From assembly GCA_964464375.1 (NCBI GenBank), contig CAYXFU010000005.1, forward strand, positions 3,495-67,494: a DNA stretch of 64,000 nt, in the 5' to 3' direction. The translations under genes were made by a program, and so were the position numbers. This DNA is from an uncultured Hyphomicrobiales bacterium. GTDB lineage: Bacteria; Bacteroidota; Ignavibacteria; Kapaibacteriales; UBA2268. Shown piece after piece: positions 27,948 through 37,285 of the stretch. How positions within the stretch are numbered: the stretch's first letter is position 1; every line of letters begins with the position of its first letter. A model generated the notes under the pieces. It had not been told where the DNA came from. It did no database searches and saw only the letters and a list, made by a program, of their open reading frames with translations.

Positions 27948-28805
27948 ATGATAAATAGTTCAGAAATAATGATCGATGTGCAAGGCTTACAAAAGTATTT
28001 TGGAGAACATCATATTATCAAAGGTGTTAGTTTCCAGGTGCGTAAAGGTGAGTTGATTTCTGTAATTGGTCGTTCCGGTTGTGGCAAAACTACATTACTC
28101 AGATGTTTGAATTGTCTTGAGCTATTCGATGAAGGTGGCATTTTCATCGCCGGGATTGCTTTAAACCGAACATTATCAGGTAAATCTCAGGAAGCTGATA
28201 AATCTAAGTCAAAAAAAGTGCTTTCCAAAATGGCACTACCTTTCACAGGCTTCGAAAAAGAGAAACAACTCGATGATGATTTCAGAATCAAAGCTCATAC
28301 ACTTAGAACGCGAGTCGGAATGCTATTCCAGAGTCTGAATTTATTCCCTCATCTTACTGTTCTCGAAAATGTATCATTAGCACCAATAATTGTAAAAAAC
28401 GAAAATAAAAATGATGTTCATCAAAAAGCAAAAGAACTACTCAAAAAGGTTGGTCTTGAGCAATTCACAGAACGCTATCCTTCACAGCTGTCAGGAGGGC
28501 AGGCACAAAGAGTAGCTATAGCTAGAGCTTTATCTATGTCTCCACAGGTAATGCTTTATGATGAACCTACATCTGCATTGGATCCAGAGCTGGTAGGCGA
28601 AGTTCTCGAAGTTATGAAAAATCTCCATGACGAAGGAATGACGCAGGTTGTAGTTACTCATGCTCTGGGTTTTGCTCAAAATGCTTCGGACAGAGTAATT
28701 TATATGGAAGAAGGACATATTATAGAAATGTCAACTCCTGATGTAATATTCAAAAATCCTAAAGACGATAGAACATTGAAGTATATAAATATATTAAAAG
28801 ACTAA
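27948..28805 (+). CDS. polar amino-acid ABC transporter ATP-binding protein (GlnQ/HisP-like) with an unusual ~50-aa insertion
   Basis: Walker [10 protein letters not shown], signature [15 protein letters not shown], Walker [12 protein letters not shown]. An inserted segment [46 protein letters not shown] sits between Walker A and the Q-loop. Confidence 0.88.
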   Translation: MINSSEIMIDVQGLQKYFGEHHIIKGVSFQVRKGELISVIGRSGCGKTTLLRCLNCLELFDEGGIFIAGIALNRTLSGKSQEADKSKSKKVLSKMALPFTGFEKEKQLDDDFRIKAHTLRTRVGMLFQSLNLFPHLTVLENVSLAPIIVKNENKNDVHQKAKELLKKVGLEQFTERYPSQLSGGQAQRVAIARALSMSPQVMLYDEPTSALDPELVGEVLEVMKNLHDEGMTQVVVTHALGFAQNASDRVIYMEEGHIIEMSTPDVIFKNPKDDRTLKYINILKD

Positions 28806-28837
28806 TAAGAAACATTAAGACTTTAATTACATATTGT

Positions 28838-30331
28838 TTGATTCTAATCATCACTACCATCCTAGTTAATAGTGCGGAAAAGCCTATTTTAAGATGGGCG
28901 GCTGACGCTGAAGGCAATGCTCCGTATATCATTCCAGATCCTAGAAACCCAACTCTGAATATAGGCTTTGAAGTTGATATAGCAAATGCCCTTGCTGAAA
29001 CTATGGGAATGAGAGCAGAATTTGTTCAGAATCAGTGGGATGGTCTAATCCCGGGTCTTCAAAATAAAAATTATGATGTTGCCATTAATGGGATTGAAAT
29101 TACAGACGACAGAAAGCAGGAAGTTAATTTTTCTGCTCCTTATTATTTGACTTATGAACAACTTGTAGTCAACAAAGATAGAGAAGACATCAACTGCCTT
29201 TCAGATTTGGTTGGTAAAAAGGCTGGTGCTTTAAAAGGTTCATTGGCTGAAAGAATTCTTCAGGTTCCCGGTGTTGATATTAAAACCTATGACAGCGAGG
29301 TTGCCGCTTTGACAGATATGGCAAATGGAAGACTGGATGCTGTGCTATGCGATGCGCCAATTGCATTGTATTATGGGAAACCGGATCCTAGATTTAAACT
29401 AGTAGGTCAACCTATAGGTGAAATATCTTATGGAATTGTTCTCAGGAAAGATGATACTCAACTTTTAAACAAAATAAATTCAGCAATAAATAAGATATCT
29501 ACTTCCGGTAAGCTGAGAGAAATCCTTGAACGATGGAATTTATGGCATTATTTAATGGCAGTATATCTGAACGATAAAGGACCATCTAATATTCTGCCAA
29601 CAAAGTATGATTACTATATGAGTAATACAGGTCAAGCAAAAACCTTTGCAGATAAATTGAATCGTTACTGGGAATTTAGATCTCTTTTTATTTGGGGTAT
29701 TGTAAATACTCTTGGAGTTTCTATTGTCGCAATGATTGTGGCAATAATCTGGGGTCTGTTTATTGCCTTAACTCGATTGTATGCTCCAAAGCCATTTTCG
29801 AAGCTTGCTGTTCTCTATATTGAGTTAATTAGAGGCACTCCTTTACTAGTTCAATTGTACTTTATATATTACGCATTGCCAAATGTTGGCATCAGTATGT
29901 CTCCTTTCTTGGCGGCTGTAATTGGACTTGGTCTTAATTATGCAGCTTATGAAGCCGAGAATTATAGAGCCGGGTTATTCTCTGTACCAAGGGGACAGAT
30001 GGAAGCCGCTGTAGCACTTGGAATGAGCAGGAATCAAGCATTAAGACATATTATTGTACCCCAGGGTATTCGATTAGTTATTCCACCAATGACTAATGAT
30101 TTTATTTCACTTCTAAAGGATTCTTCGCTGATAGCTGTTATCACAATGAATGATCTGACCAAAGCATATTTCCAATTTGCAACTACATATTTCGACTTTC
30201 TCGGAGCTGGCGTGCTGGTTGCGCTGCTTTATCTCATTATTGGACTGCCTTTTGTCAAACTTGCCAAGTATGCTGAAGTAAAATTTTCAACCTTTCGCAC
30301 AAGAGAAGAAGAAAATAGAATGAAATTATAA
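28838..30331 (+). CDS. fused periplasmic substrate-binding domain (SBP family 3) + polar amino-acid ABC permease
   Basis: N-terminal SBP_bac_3-like domain (AINGIEITDDRKQEVNFSAPYY), then a permease domain with EAA-like loop (LIRGTPLLVQLYFIYYALP, MSRNQALRHIIVPQGIRLVIPPMTN). Confidence 0.85.
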   Translation: MILIITTILVNSAEKPILRWAADAEGNAPYIIPDPRNPTLNIGFEVDIANALAETMGMRAEFVQNQWDGLIPGLQNKNYDVAINGIEITDDRKQEVNFSAPYYLTYEQLVVNKDREDINCLSDLVGKKAGALKGSLAERILQVPGVDIKTYDSEVAALTDMANGRLDAVLCDAPIALYYGKPDPRFKLVGQPIGEISYGIVLRKDDTQLLNKINSAINKISTSGKLREILERWNLWHYLMAVYLNDKGPSNILPTKYDYYMSNTGQAKTFADKLNRYWEFRSLFIWGIVNTLGVSIVAMIVAIIWGLFIALTRLYAPKPFSKLAVLYIELIRGTPLLVQLYFIYYALPNVGISMSPFLAAVIGLGLNYAAYEAENYRAGLFSVPRGQMEAAVALGMSRNQALRHIIVPQGIRLVIPPMTNDFISLLKDSSLIAVITMNDLTKAYFQFATTYFDFLGAGVLVALLYLIIGLPFVKLAKYAEVKFSTFRTREEENRMKL

Positions 30332-30385
30332 AAATATTTTTTTTATAATCTAGTCTAAGTATAATAAATAATATTTGGTAGGGAC

Positions 30386-31810
30386 ATGAAGTATATTCTT
30401 TTTCTTGTAATAGTAAGCATAGCAATTTCAACCAATAGTTTCGCTCAGAAACTACCCAAAATAAATCCGGCAGTTAAGCCAACGGTTGACAAAATAATCA
30501 AACCAGTGATTAAAGAAATCCAATCCTTAAAAGACAGTGTTTCAAAAAGAATCAAACCCTTAAGATCCCAAGCGGATACTTCTCTTTCGAGTGCTGTTAA
30601 ATCTCCTGAAAACACAAAAAAATTGAATTTGACAAATAAAAAATTAACTAAGTTTCCAGCAGAGATATTAAAATTGTCTGAGCTGGAAGTTCTGATTCTT
30701 TCAAGAAATAATATTACAACTTTTCCTTCCGAAATCAAAGACCTGAAGAAACTCAAAGTTCTGGATTTATCAGAAAACACTCTGGATAGAATTCCACCTG
30801 AAGTTTTTACGATTTTAAGTCTGACTGAACTTATTTTATCAGATAATAATATTTCAAATATTCCTGATGATATTTCTCATTTGATAAATCTTAAGAACAT
30901 TGTGCTGAAACGTAATAAAATAGAAACAATTACTGAGAAATTCTCGGATCTCGTTAACCTTCAGAATATATCATTGGAATTTAATAAATTATCTGCTTTA
31001 CCTGCATCAATCACAAAAATATCTGGTTTGCAGAAACTCAATCTTGCTTCCAACAGTATTCAACAAATACCAGCCAGCATTGTAAATTTAGTCAATCTTA
31101 GGACATTTGTGATTCAGAATAATAAATTAACCCAATTACCCAAAGAAATCGGGAAATTAAAAAAACTTATTGAATTTAGCCTAAATGAAAATCAAATTAC
31201 TATATTGCCAGATGAAATCTCTGAAATGGATGGTTTAAGAAAATTATCAATTCAGAAGAACAATCTTACTGCTATACCGAAAGCTATCTTTGGACTTAAA
31301 AATCTTGAAATTCTATATCTTCACGAAAATAAATTAACTGAAATACCCAAAGATATAGAACAAATGAAGAAATTAAAAGAATTGGGCTTGAGTGCTAATT
31401 CAATTTTAAAAATAAATGCTGATTTGAAATCAATCCTAACACTTCAAAAGTTAAATTTAAGTAAAAACAACTTAAATCAAATCCCTGAAGTAGTTTTTGG
31501 CTTAATTAATCTTACAGAATTAGATTTATCATTCAATCAGTTAACAAAAATTCAAGATAATATTTCAATGCTTAAAAATTTAACTGTATTGAAACTTGAT
31601 CAAAACCAAATAACCGAATTGCCAACATCTATAACACAATTAAATAAATTAAAAACTCTATCACTGACATCCAACAAACTTTCTATTCTTCCTTCTGGAT
31701 TAGAGGCATTAACTACTCTGAAATTGCTAAACATCAAGAATAATGCCTTTACTGACGAATATAAAAGCAAATTAAAAGGATTGTTTAAAGGTACAAGGCT
31801 AAATTTTTAA
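30386..31810 (+). CDS. secreted leucine-rich repeat (LRR) protein, ~17 tandem 23-residue LRR units
   Basis: Signal peptide (SIAISTNSFAQ), then repeats of LxxLxxLxLxxNxLxxLPxxIxx throughout. Confidence 0.8.
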   Translation: MKYILFLVIVSIAISTNSFAQKLPKINPAVKPTVDKIIKPVIKEIQSLKDSVSKRIKPLRSQADTSLSSAVKSPENTKKLNLTNKKLTKFPAEILKLSELEVLILSRNNITTFPSEIKDLKKLKVLDLSENTLDRIPPEVFTILSLTELILSDNNISNIPDDISHLINLKNIVLKRNKIETITEKFSDLVNLQNISLEFNKLSALPASITKISGLQKLNLASNSIQQIPASIVNLVNLRTFVIQNNKLTQLPKEIGKLKKLIEFSLNENQITILPDEISEMDGLRKLSIQKNNLTAIPKAIFGLKNLEILYLHENKLTEIPKDIEQMKKLKELGLSANSILKINADLKSILTLQKLNLSKNNLNQIPEVVFGLINLTELDLSFNQLTKIQDNISMLKNLTVLKLDQNQITELPTSITQLNKLKTLSLTSNKLSILPSGLEALTTLKLLNIKNNAFTDEYKSKLKGLFKGTRLNF

Positions 31811-31839
31811 ATATTAATTTCATATTTTTTGAAACTTTT

Positions 31840-32427
31840 TTGTTTTCATGGTGTTATTGCTTTAGGATGAATAATCTAGACCAATATAACGATAATGAAT
31901 TGTTTGATTTGCTGAATTCTGATAAGAAGACGGCAGAGATGGCGTTTGCCGAGTTGTATTTAAGACATTCACCAAGGATCTATGCGTATTGTAGAAGATT
32001 TCTCGGCAATAAGAATGATGCACAAGATGTTTTCCAGGATACATTTGTCAGATTCGTAGAAAGTTCTAAAAAGCCTAGATTAATGACAAACGTCCCTGCT
32101 TATTTGTTGAAAATTGCTCGTAATTTATGTGTTAACGTTAAAAGACATGAAAAATATCCGGTAACGTTTGAAGACTATATGGTTCCTGATGATCACAATA
32201 ATGATAATGATGAGCTGTTAAAACTTATAAAAATGGCTATTGACATACTTCCTGTAGAATACAAAGATATTTTTATTCTTAGGGAATATGATGGACTTAC
32301 TTACACAGAAATAGCAGAAGTTACAAACACTACTTTGGCGGCGGTTAAGATTAAATTATTCAGAGCTAAACAGAAGGTACGTGAAATATTATCTCCTTAT
32401 TTATCTGAATTAAATAAATATTTATAG
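31840..32427 (+). CDS. RNA polymerase sigma-70 factor, ECF subfamily (cassette 2; possible real start 31867)
   Basis: DVFQDTFVRFVES, IARNLCVNVKRH, C-terminal HTH LTYTEIAEVTNTTLAAVKIKLFRA. Paralogous to 12571-13137. Confidence 0.85.
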   Translation: MFSWCYCFRMNNLDQYNDNELFDLLNSDKKTAEMAFAELYLRHSPRIYAYCRRFLGNKNDAQDVFQDTFVRFVESSKKPRLMTNVPAYLLKIARNLCVNVKRHEKYPVTFEDYMVPDDHNNDNDELLKLIKMAIDILPVEYKDIFILREYDGLTYTEIAEVTNTTLAAVKIKLFRAKQKVREILSPYLSELNKYL

Positions 32428-32456
32428 AAAATTGTTAAACTAAATATAAAATTAAA

Positions 32457-33662
32457 ATGAACAATTTAACAGGGAATAATTCATCCGAAATGCTCCATCT
32501 TCTTCTTGACGGAGAATTGGCTCAGGTTCAGGAAGTACCATTATTTTCTGCACTTGCCGCGAATGAGAATCTTCGGGGAGAGATGAAGGATTTAATATCA
32601 ATACGCAATACGGTTCATAGAGATGATGAGGCTTTCGTCCCACCATTTGCAGCAACCGCAGCAGTATTCCAAAGTACAGGATTTTCTCTGCCAATGGCAG
32701 GTACAGCTTTATCGGCAGGAACAGCTGGCGGAGGATTTTACGGTTTTTTGAAGTCTGTATGGATCCCTATTCTAGTCGCAGGTATGTCTTCATTAATAAC
32801 TTACTACATTGTTTCTGGTAACTATAACGATCAAATAGCATCGATGAAATCAGTTAGTCAGAAAAGTACTGTTTCAAATAATTCTCAATCAAACGCAGGC
32901 TTTGGAGAAAATTTGATAAATAATCAAGCTCCGGCACCTAAGGTTATTATTAAATATGTAAAAGTTCCGACTATCACTTCAAGTGAATCAACCGTTTCTA
33001 AAGCAGAAGCATTACCAACTGTTGAACCTGTTGATGAAAAGATATCAAGTACAAGCATTCATTATCAAAATATCTCTCCAATTCGCTCTAATTCAATGCT
33101 GAGTACACCTTTCAGACCGACAAGTTCATCTTATGAGCCAATGTATGCCACCCTGAACATTCACCCTAAAGAGTATATGTTTATTGTGAGAGGATTGACG
33201 GGAGTCACTATGCCATCTGTTAACGCATCTACACCAGCTGGTTCTGGATTAACAAATATATCTCTGGGTTTTTATTTCCTTTCACCATATAGCAATATCC
33301 ATATTGGTGTAGAAGGTGGGCAGGAACCATTTTCTCAGAATTTTGTTAATACTGAGGGTAGCAGGAAATTCCGTTATGAACAACGTCCTAATGTTGTTTT
33401 TGGAGGAGTAGGAGCAATTGGTAAATTAAATTCAAAAATAGATTTCTTATATGATGCCCAACCTTTTGGTCAATTATTTATTGGTGGCTCCGAATTGGGA
33501 CCTTTAGGGAAAATGATGGCAGGTCTCACATGGGGTTCTGATTCATGGGGTTTGAATGCTTTCTTAGCATTGGAAGGCTCATTCCTGGCATATCAAAATC
33601 AGAGTATATGGTACTCATCCCAGAAGATGGGTATCACTTATGGTTTTTCTGTACAATTTTAA
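32457..33662 (+). CDS. putative anti-sigma factor with single TM and C-terminal outer-membrane beta-barrel-like domain (paralog of 11362-12558)
   Basis: N-terminal LHLLLDGELAQVQEVPLF..LRGEMKDLISI parallels its paralog. TM VWIPILVAGMSSLITYYIV, S/T/P-rich linker, C-terminal beta-pattern ending GITYGFSVQF. Confidence 0.65.
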   Translation: MNNLTGNNSSEMLHLLLDGELAQVQEVPLFSALAANENLRGEMKDLISIRNTVHRDDEAFVPPFAATAAVFQSTGFSLPMAGTALSAGTAGGGFYGFLKSVWIPILVAGMSSLITYYIVSGNYNDQIASMKSVSQKSTVSNNSQSNAGFGENLINNQAPAPKVIIKYVKVPTITSSESTVSKAEALPTVEPVDEKISSTSIHYQNISPIRSNSMLSTPFRPTSSSYEPMYATLNIHPKEYMFIVRGLTGVTMPSVNASTPAGSGLTNISLGFYFLSPYSNIHIGVEGGQEPFSQNFVNTEGSRKFRYEQRPNVVFGGVGAIGKLNSKIDFLYDAQPFGQLFIGGSELGPLGKMMAGLTWGSDSWGLNAFLALEGSFLAYQNQSIWYSSQKMGITYGFSVQF

Positions 33663-33673
33663 GGTTAAAAACG

Positions 33674-34408
33674 ATGAAAATATTAATTAGGTTAAATATT
33701 ATTTTTGCAGCACTTGCTTTGTTTATATCAGCATGTACTTCGCCGATGGATGTTAATACTCCACGAGATCAAAAGCTAATACCCGGAGAAAATTACAAAA
33801 TTTCCGGAAATATTTCTGAGATGAGTTTTGAGGAAAATGGTGTGCAATGCTCATTCAATTTAGGTGAGAATACATTTGAGATAGACACTACAGTTAATCC
33901 AGCAAGAATTTGGCTAAGAGTTAAATTAACCGATAATGAAAATTTTAATGCTACACAAAGTAGAATTTCGGTGAAAAGGATTGACATCAGATTGGATTCG
34001 TTGGATATTTCTAGCCCTTACACATTCACCGGCAGAAAAATCGGGGATAATTTTGCCATTATTGATATCGAACGTGGATTAAATACTTCTAAGGATACTT
34101 CAGTATATTTCGGGCAGGATTTAAATACTGCAGAAGTCACTTTCAATTATAATAAATCAAAAGGTGAACTTTGGGCTTATACATTATCCAAGGTTTACGA
34201 GAATAAAATCTGGCTGGAATACCATGATTCTACTTATACTGATTATATTACAGTGACCAGACCTGATACTACCTATGACAATAATGGTAAAATGATTATC
34301 ACTTTAAAAACTGAAAAGATTGCAAAAGAAGTAACTATTAAATTAGAAGAAGAAAAAATGCTTAAAGATTCTTTGTTTTTAACAGGAAAGTTTAAATTTA
34401 AATTTTAA
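33674..34408 (+). CDS. lipoprotein of unknown function (third gene of ECF cassette 2)
   Basis: MKILIRLNIIFAALALFISAC lipobox. Starts 12 nt after the anti-sigma-like stop. The ORF-track start at 33545 overlaps the upstream gene and is unlikely. Confidence 0.6.
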   Translation: MKILIRLNIIFAALALFISACTSPMDVNTPRDQKLIPGENYKISGNISEMSFEENGVQCSFNLGENTFEIDTTVNPARIWLRVKLTDNENFNATQSRISVKRIDIRLDSLDISSPYTFTGRKIGDNFAIIDIERGLNTSKDTSVYFGQDLNTAEVTFNYNKSKGELWAYTLSKVYENKIWLEYHDSTYTDYITVTRPDTTYDNNGKMIITLKTEKIAKEVTIKLEEEKMLKDSLFLTGKFKFKF

Positions 34409-34459
34409 TTGCTTATATTTGCTAAGAAACCTATTTACATATATTTAACAGGTGATGAC

Positions 34460-37015
34460 ATGAATAAAATGTACCGTTATTTCTTCATTTTTCTTGCTTT
34501 CACATTGCAGTTTGCCATTACTAATGCATTCAATCTCGATGCTCCTCAAAGACTGACAGCAACTACAGGTCAAGATAATCAGGGCTCTTATGTTGATTTA
34601 TCCTGGTATTTCCAGAGTAATAATGATCAACCATATGCCTTTTATATTTACCAAGCGACTAAACAAACCCAGGACAAAAAGGACTTCCAGGTTTTTGGTA
34701 AAGTTAAATTTGACCCAAACACAAATCAATTTACTTACAGACAATATCTACAGACCGGTACTTTTAGTTTCTATGTAACGGCAATTGGTATTGATGGGAA
34801 TAACTTAGTAGAGAGCAACGGTTCTAATATTGTTACAGTTCAGATTGCAAAAGATCCAAACAAACCATTTATACAAATTGTTTCACAACCAAATGTATAT
34901 TCCAAGATTGGTGATAAATATTCTTATCAAATAAAAGCTAAAACAAATCTTGATCCCTCATGCCCATTAGTATATAGGTTGCTCGATGGACCTAAAGATA
35001 TGCAAATAGATGAAACAAATGGTTTAATTACATGGGCTCCCTCAAGTAATGGTTCATTCCCGGTTGCTGTCCAGGTAGGAACAACATGCAAAATTGCTGT
35101 TGATTTTCCTGTTCAAAAATTCATGATTAACGTTGGTGATGTGAATAACGGACCCTATGTAAGATTCGAATCAAAACCTCTACCAACAATTCCTGTTGGT
35201 AAAATGTATGTTTATCAAATTGTTGCAAGCTCTAATGTAAAATGCCCTATTAAATTTGAGTTAATATCAAATACCCCCAATATTAAATTTGATAATGTAA
35301 AGGGTGAACTTTACATTTATTCAGATGTTCCAACAATGATAACCGGTGGCATTAAAGCATATCTCGAATGTGATCCAAAAGTAATGGCATACCAGCAGTT
35401 CGCTATCAAAATTGTTCAGGATCAGCCACAAGAAGATCTTTGTGCAGTTATCAAAGGTAATATTGTTCTCGAGGATGGAACTCTTCCAAGAGAAGGCAAA
35501 GTTATCGCTTGGAGACTTACCGAGAAATCTAATAAAATTCCAGCTTATCCTGGTTACATAAAAGAAGGAAAATTTGAAGTTAATGTTCCGACAGGTGCTT
35601 TCATTCTAGAGTTTGACAGTCCCGTGTTTATGCATGAATACTATCTGGATGCTAATTCAATTGATAAAGCACAGAAAATTGATGTAAAATGTAAAGATGT
35701 TGTTGAAATTGATGTTGCCGTTACAGCTCGTCCAGTTCCAAAAACAAACTCTGTAAGCGGTACAGTTACTTCCATATTGGACAACAGTCCTGTATTCGCA
35801 GTCGTTGAGTTCTATCCTGTTGATCCGAAAAATAATATTAATCAGAAGACTGGTATGGTATTCCAGACAAAAACTGATGCAAATGGAAATTACTCAATTG
35901 AACTGACAGACGATATGACTTATCGTGCTCATTGCAGACCAATGGCTAATATACCATATAAAGATCAATGGTACGATCAGGTAGACAATCCAAACCAGGC
36001 AGATTTGATCTATCCCGATCAACCATTAACCGGAATTGATTTTAAATTAAGTAAAGCAGATTTGATTAAAAACAGTTTTGCAGGCTCAGTTAAAGATGCT
36101 AATGGAGTTTCTGTAAGGTCACGTATTTTAGCTTTGCCTGTCAAAGCAAATCCTAGCAACAATACTAACGCAGGTCAATTTATAACAGAATCTAAGGATG
36201 ATGGTTCATTTATGTTCCAAAATCTTCCTTATGGAAATTATGTTTTACTTTCATTACCCGTTGACAGAAAATTCTTACCAGGATATTACAAATCATCTGA
36301 TTTTGCCACTTTAAAATGGCGTGAAGCAACGCAGATAACTGTTGGCGACAATATGCCGGCTATGATCTACGAAATCAAACACAAGCTGAGAACAGGCTTT
36401 AAAGGTTTGATCAGAATTGATGGAAATATCATCGCCAGCGGAATGGCAAAGAAAAATATAGATATTCCGCAATCAAACGGATCTCCTGTTGAAGATGCTT
36501 TGGTCTATATAATTGATGAGCAGGGTGAAGTCAGCGATTTCGCTTTGACTGATGCTGCAGGTTACTTCGCAATGTCTGAAGTATCTGAAGGTAATTGTAA
36601 ACTATTTGTTGATAAAGTTGGATTCAATACTTTCGAAAAATCATTAACAAATGATTATACCAAGAGCTTCTCATCAAATGTTGATGTAGTCTTAGAACTT
36701 GAAGTAGCCGGAGTTGAAGAAGAACAAGTTGTTTCAAATCTAACCATTTATCCTAATCCTACACAAAATGTAGCAAATATTATTATATCTGGGTATGTAT
36801 ATGCGTCAACTCAAGCAGTTGTAAGAGTAGTTGATGTTATGGGGAATATAATATTAAGTAAAGATGTAAATTTAGAATTTTTAAGTGCAGAAGTCCGTAT
36901 TATGACTTCCACCATGGTTTCATTAGATATTAGCTCATTAGCACACGGAATTTATATAATTGAGGTCATCTCTGGAAACACTAAGACACAAACAAAGCTG
37001 AATGTTATAAGATAA
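34460..37015 (+). CDS. large cell-surface protein with cadherin-like/Ig-like and CarboxypepD_reg-like repeats and a T9SS C-terminal sorting domain
   Basis: Signal peptide MNKMYRYFFIFLAFTLQFAITNA. Repeated putative Ig domain units (YSYQIKA...DGPKDMQIDETNGLITWAP; YVYQIVA...). C-terminal T9SS type-A CTD (NLTIYPNPTQNVANIII...GIYIIEVISGNTKTQTKLNVIR). Confidence 0.8.
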   Translation: MNKMYRYFFIFLAFTLQFAITNAFNLDAPQRLTATTGQDNQGSYVDLSWYFQSNNDQPYAFYIYQATKQTQDKKDFQVFGKVKFDPNTNQFTYRQYLQTGTFSFYVTAIGIDGNNLVESNGSNIVTVQIAKDPNKPFIQIVSQPNVYSKIGDKYSYQIKAKTNLDPSCPLVYRLLDGPKDMQIDETNGLITWAPSSNGSFPVAVQVGTTCKIAVDFPVQKFMINVGDVNNGPYVRFESKPLPTIPVGKMYVYQIVASSNVKCPIKFELISNTPNIKFDNVKGELYIYSDVPTMITGGIKAYLECDPKVMAYQQFAIKIVQDQPQEDLCAVIKGNIVLEDGTLPREGKVIAWRLTEKSNKIPAYPGYIKEGKFEVNVPTGAFILEFDSPVFMHEYYLDANSIDKAQKIDVKCKDVVEIDVAVTARPVPKTNSVSGTVTSILDNSPVFAVVEFYPVDPKNNINQKTGMVFQTKTDANGNYSIELTDDMTYRAHCRPMANIPYKDQWYDQVDNPNQADLIYPDQPLTGIDFKLSKADLIKNSFAGSVKDANGVSVRSRILALPVKANPSNNTNAGQFITESKDDGSFMFQNLPYGNYVLLSLPVDRKFLPGYYKSSDFATLKWREATQITVGDNMPAMIYEIKHKLRTGFKGLIRIDGNIIASGMAKKNIDIPQSNGSPVEDALVYIIDEQGEVSDFALTDAAGYFAMSEVSEGNCKLFVDKVGFNTFEKSLTNDYTKSFSSNVDVVLELEVAGVEEEQVVSNLTIYPNPTQNVANIIISGYVYASTQAVVRVVDVMGNIILSKDVNLEFLSAEVRIMTSTMVSLDISSLAHGIYIIEVISGNTKTQTKLNVIR

Positions 37016-37039
37016 AAGTCTAATCTCTATTTAACAAGA

Positions 37040-37066
37040 AAAGCCGGGTTTTGCCCGGCTTTTCTA
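37040..37066. terminator. bidirectional rho-independent terminator (AGCCGGG-tttt-GCCCGGCT flanked by A/T runs)
   Basis: GC-rich perfect stem with A-run upstream and T-run downstream, between convergent genes. Confidence 0.6.
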
Positions 37067-37084
37067 TTAGTAAGAACAATAAGA

Positions 37085-37261
37085 TTATATAATTGCTTTT
37101 TTGATTTTCTCTACTGATGCCGGTCCATAATAAGCACAAACACCTTTCTTTGCGTCAGGTTCAAGATTCAATGATTCAATTGCTTTTTTAACTTTTCCAA
37201 CTGAAACACCAACTGCTTCTGCTATTTTAGCTGATGTTAATAAATCTGATTTTTCTGCCAT
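37085..37261 (-). CDS. small (58 aa) hypothetical protein with strong ribosome-binding site; not in the ORF track (<60 aa)
   Basis: ATG at complement 37259-37261, preceded by AGGTGGA 5 nt upstream. Product MAEKSDLLTSAKIAEAVGVSVGKVKKAIESLNLEPDAKKGVCAYYGPASVEKIKKAII. It lies between two terminators. Confidence 0.45.
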   Translation of the reverse strand: MAEKSDLLTSAKIAEAVGVSVGKVKKAIESLNLEPDAKKGVCAYYGPASVEKIKKAII

Positions 37262-37285
37262 AATCCACCTAATTATAATTTAAAA

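Noticed and set aside
33545-33673. Upstream extension of the cassette-2 lipoprotein ORF (start 33545)
   Set aside because: It overlaps the last 118 nt of the anti-sigma-like gene. The lipoprotein signal peptide begins at the internal ATG 33674, 12 nt after the upstream stop.
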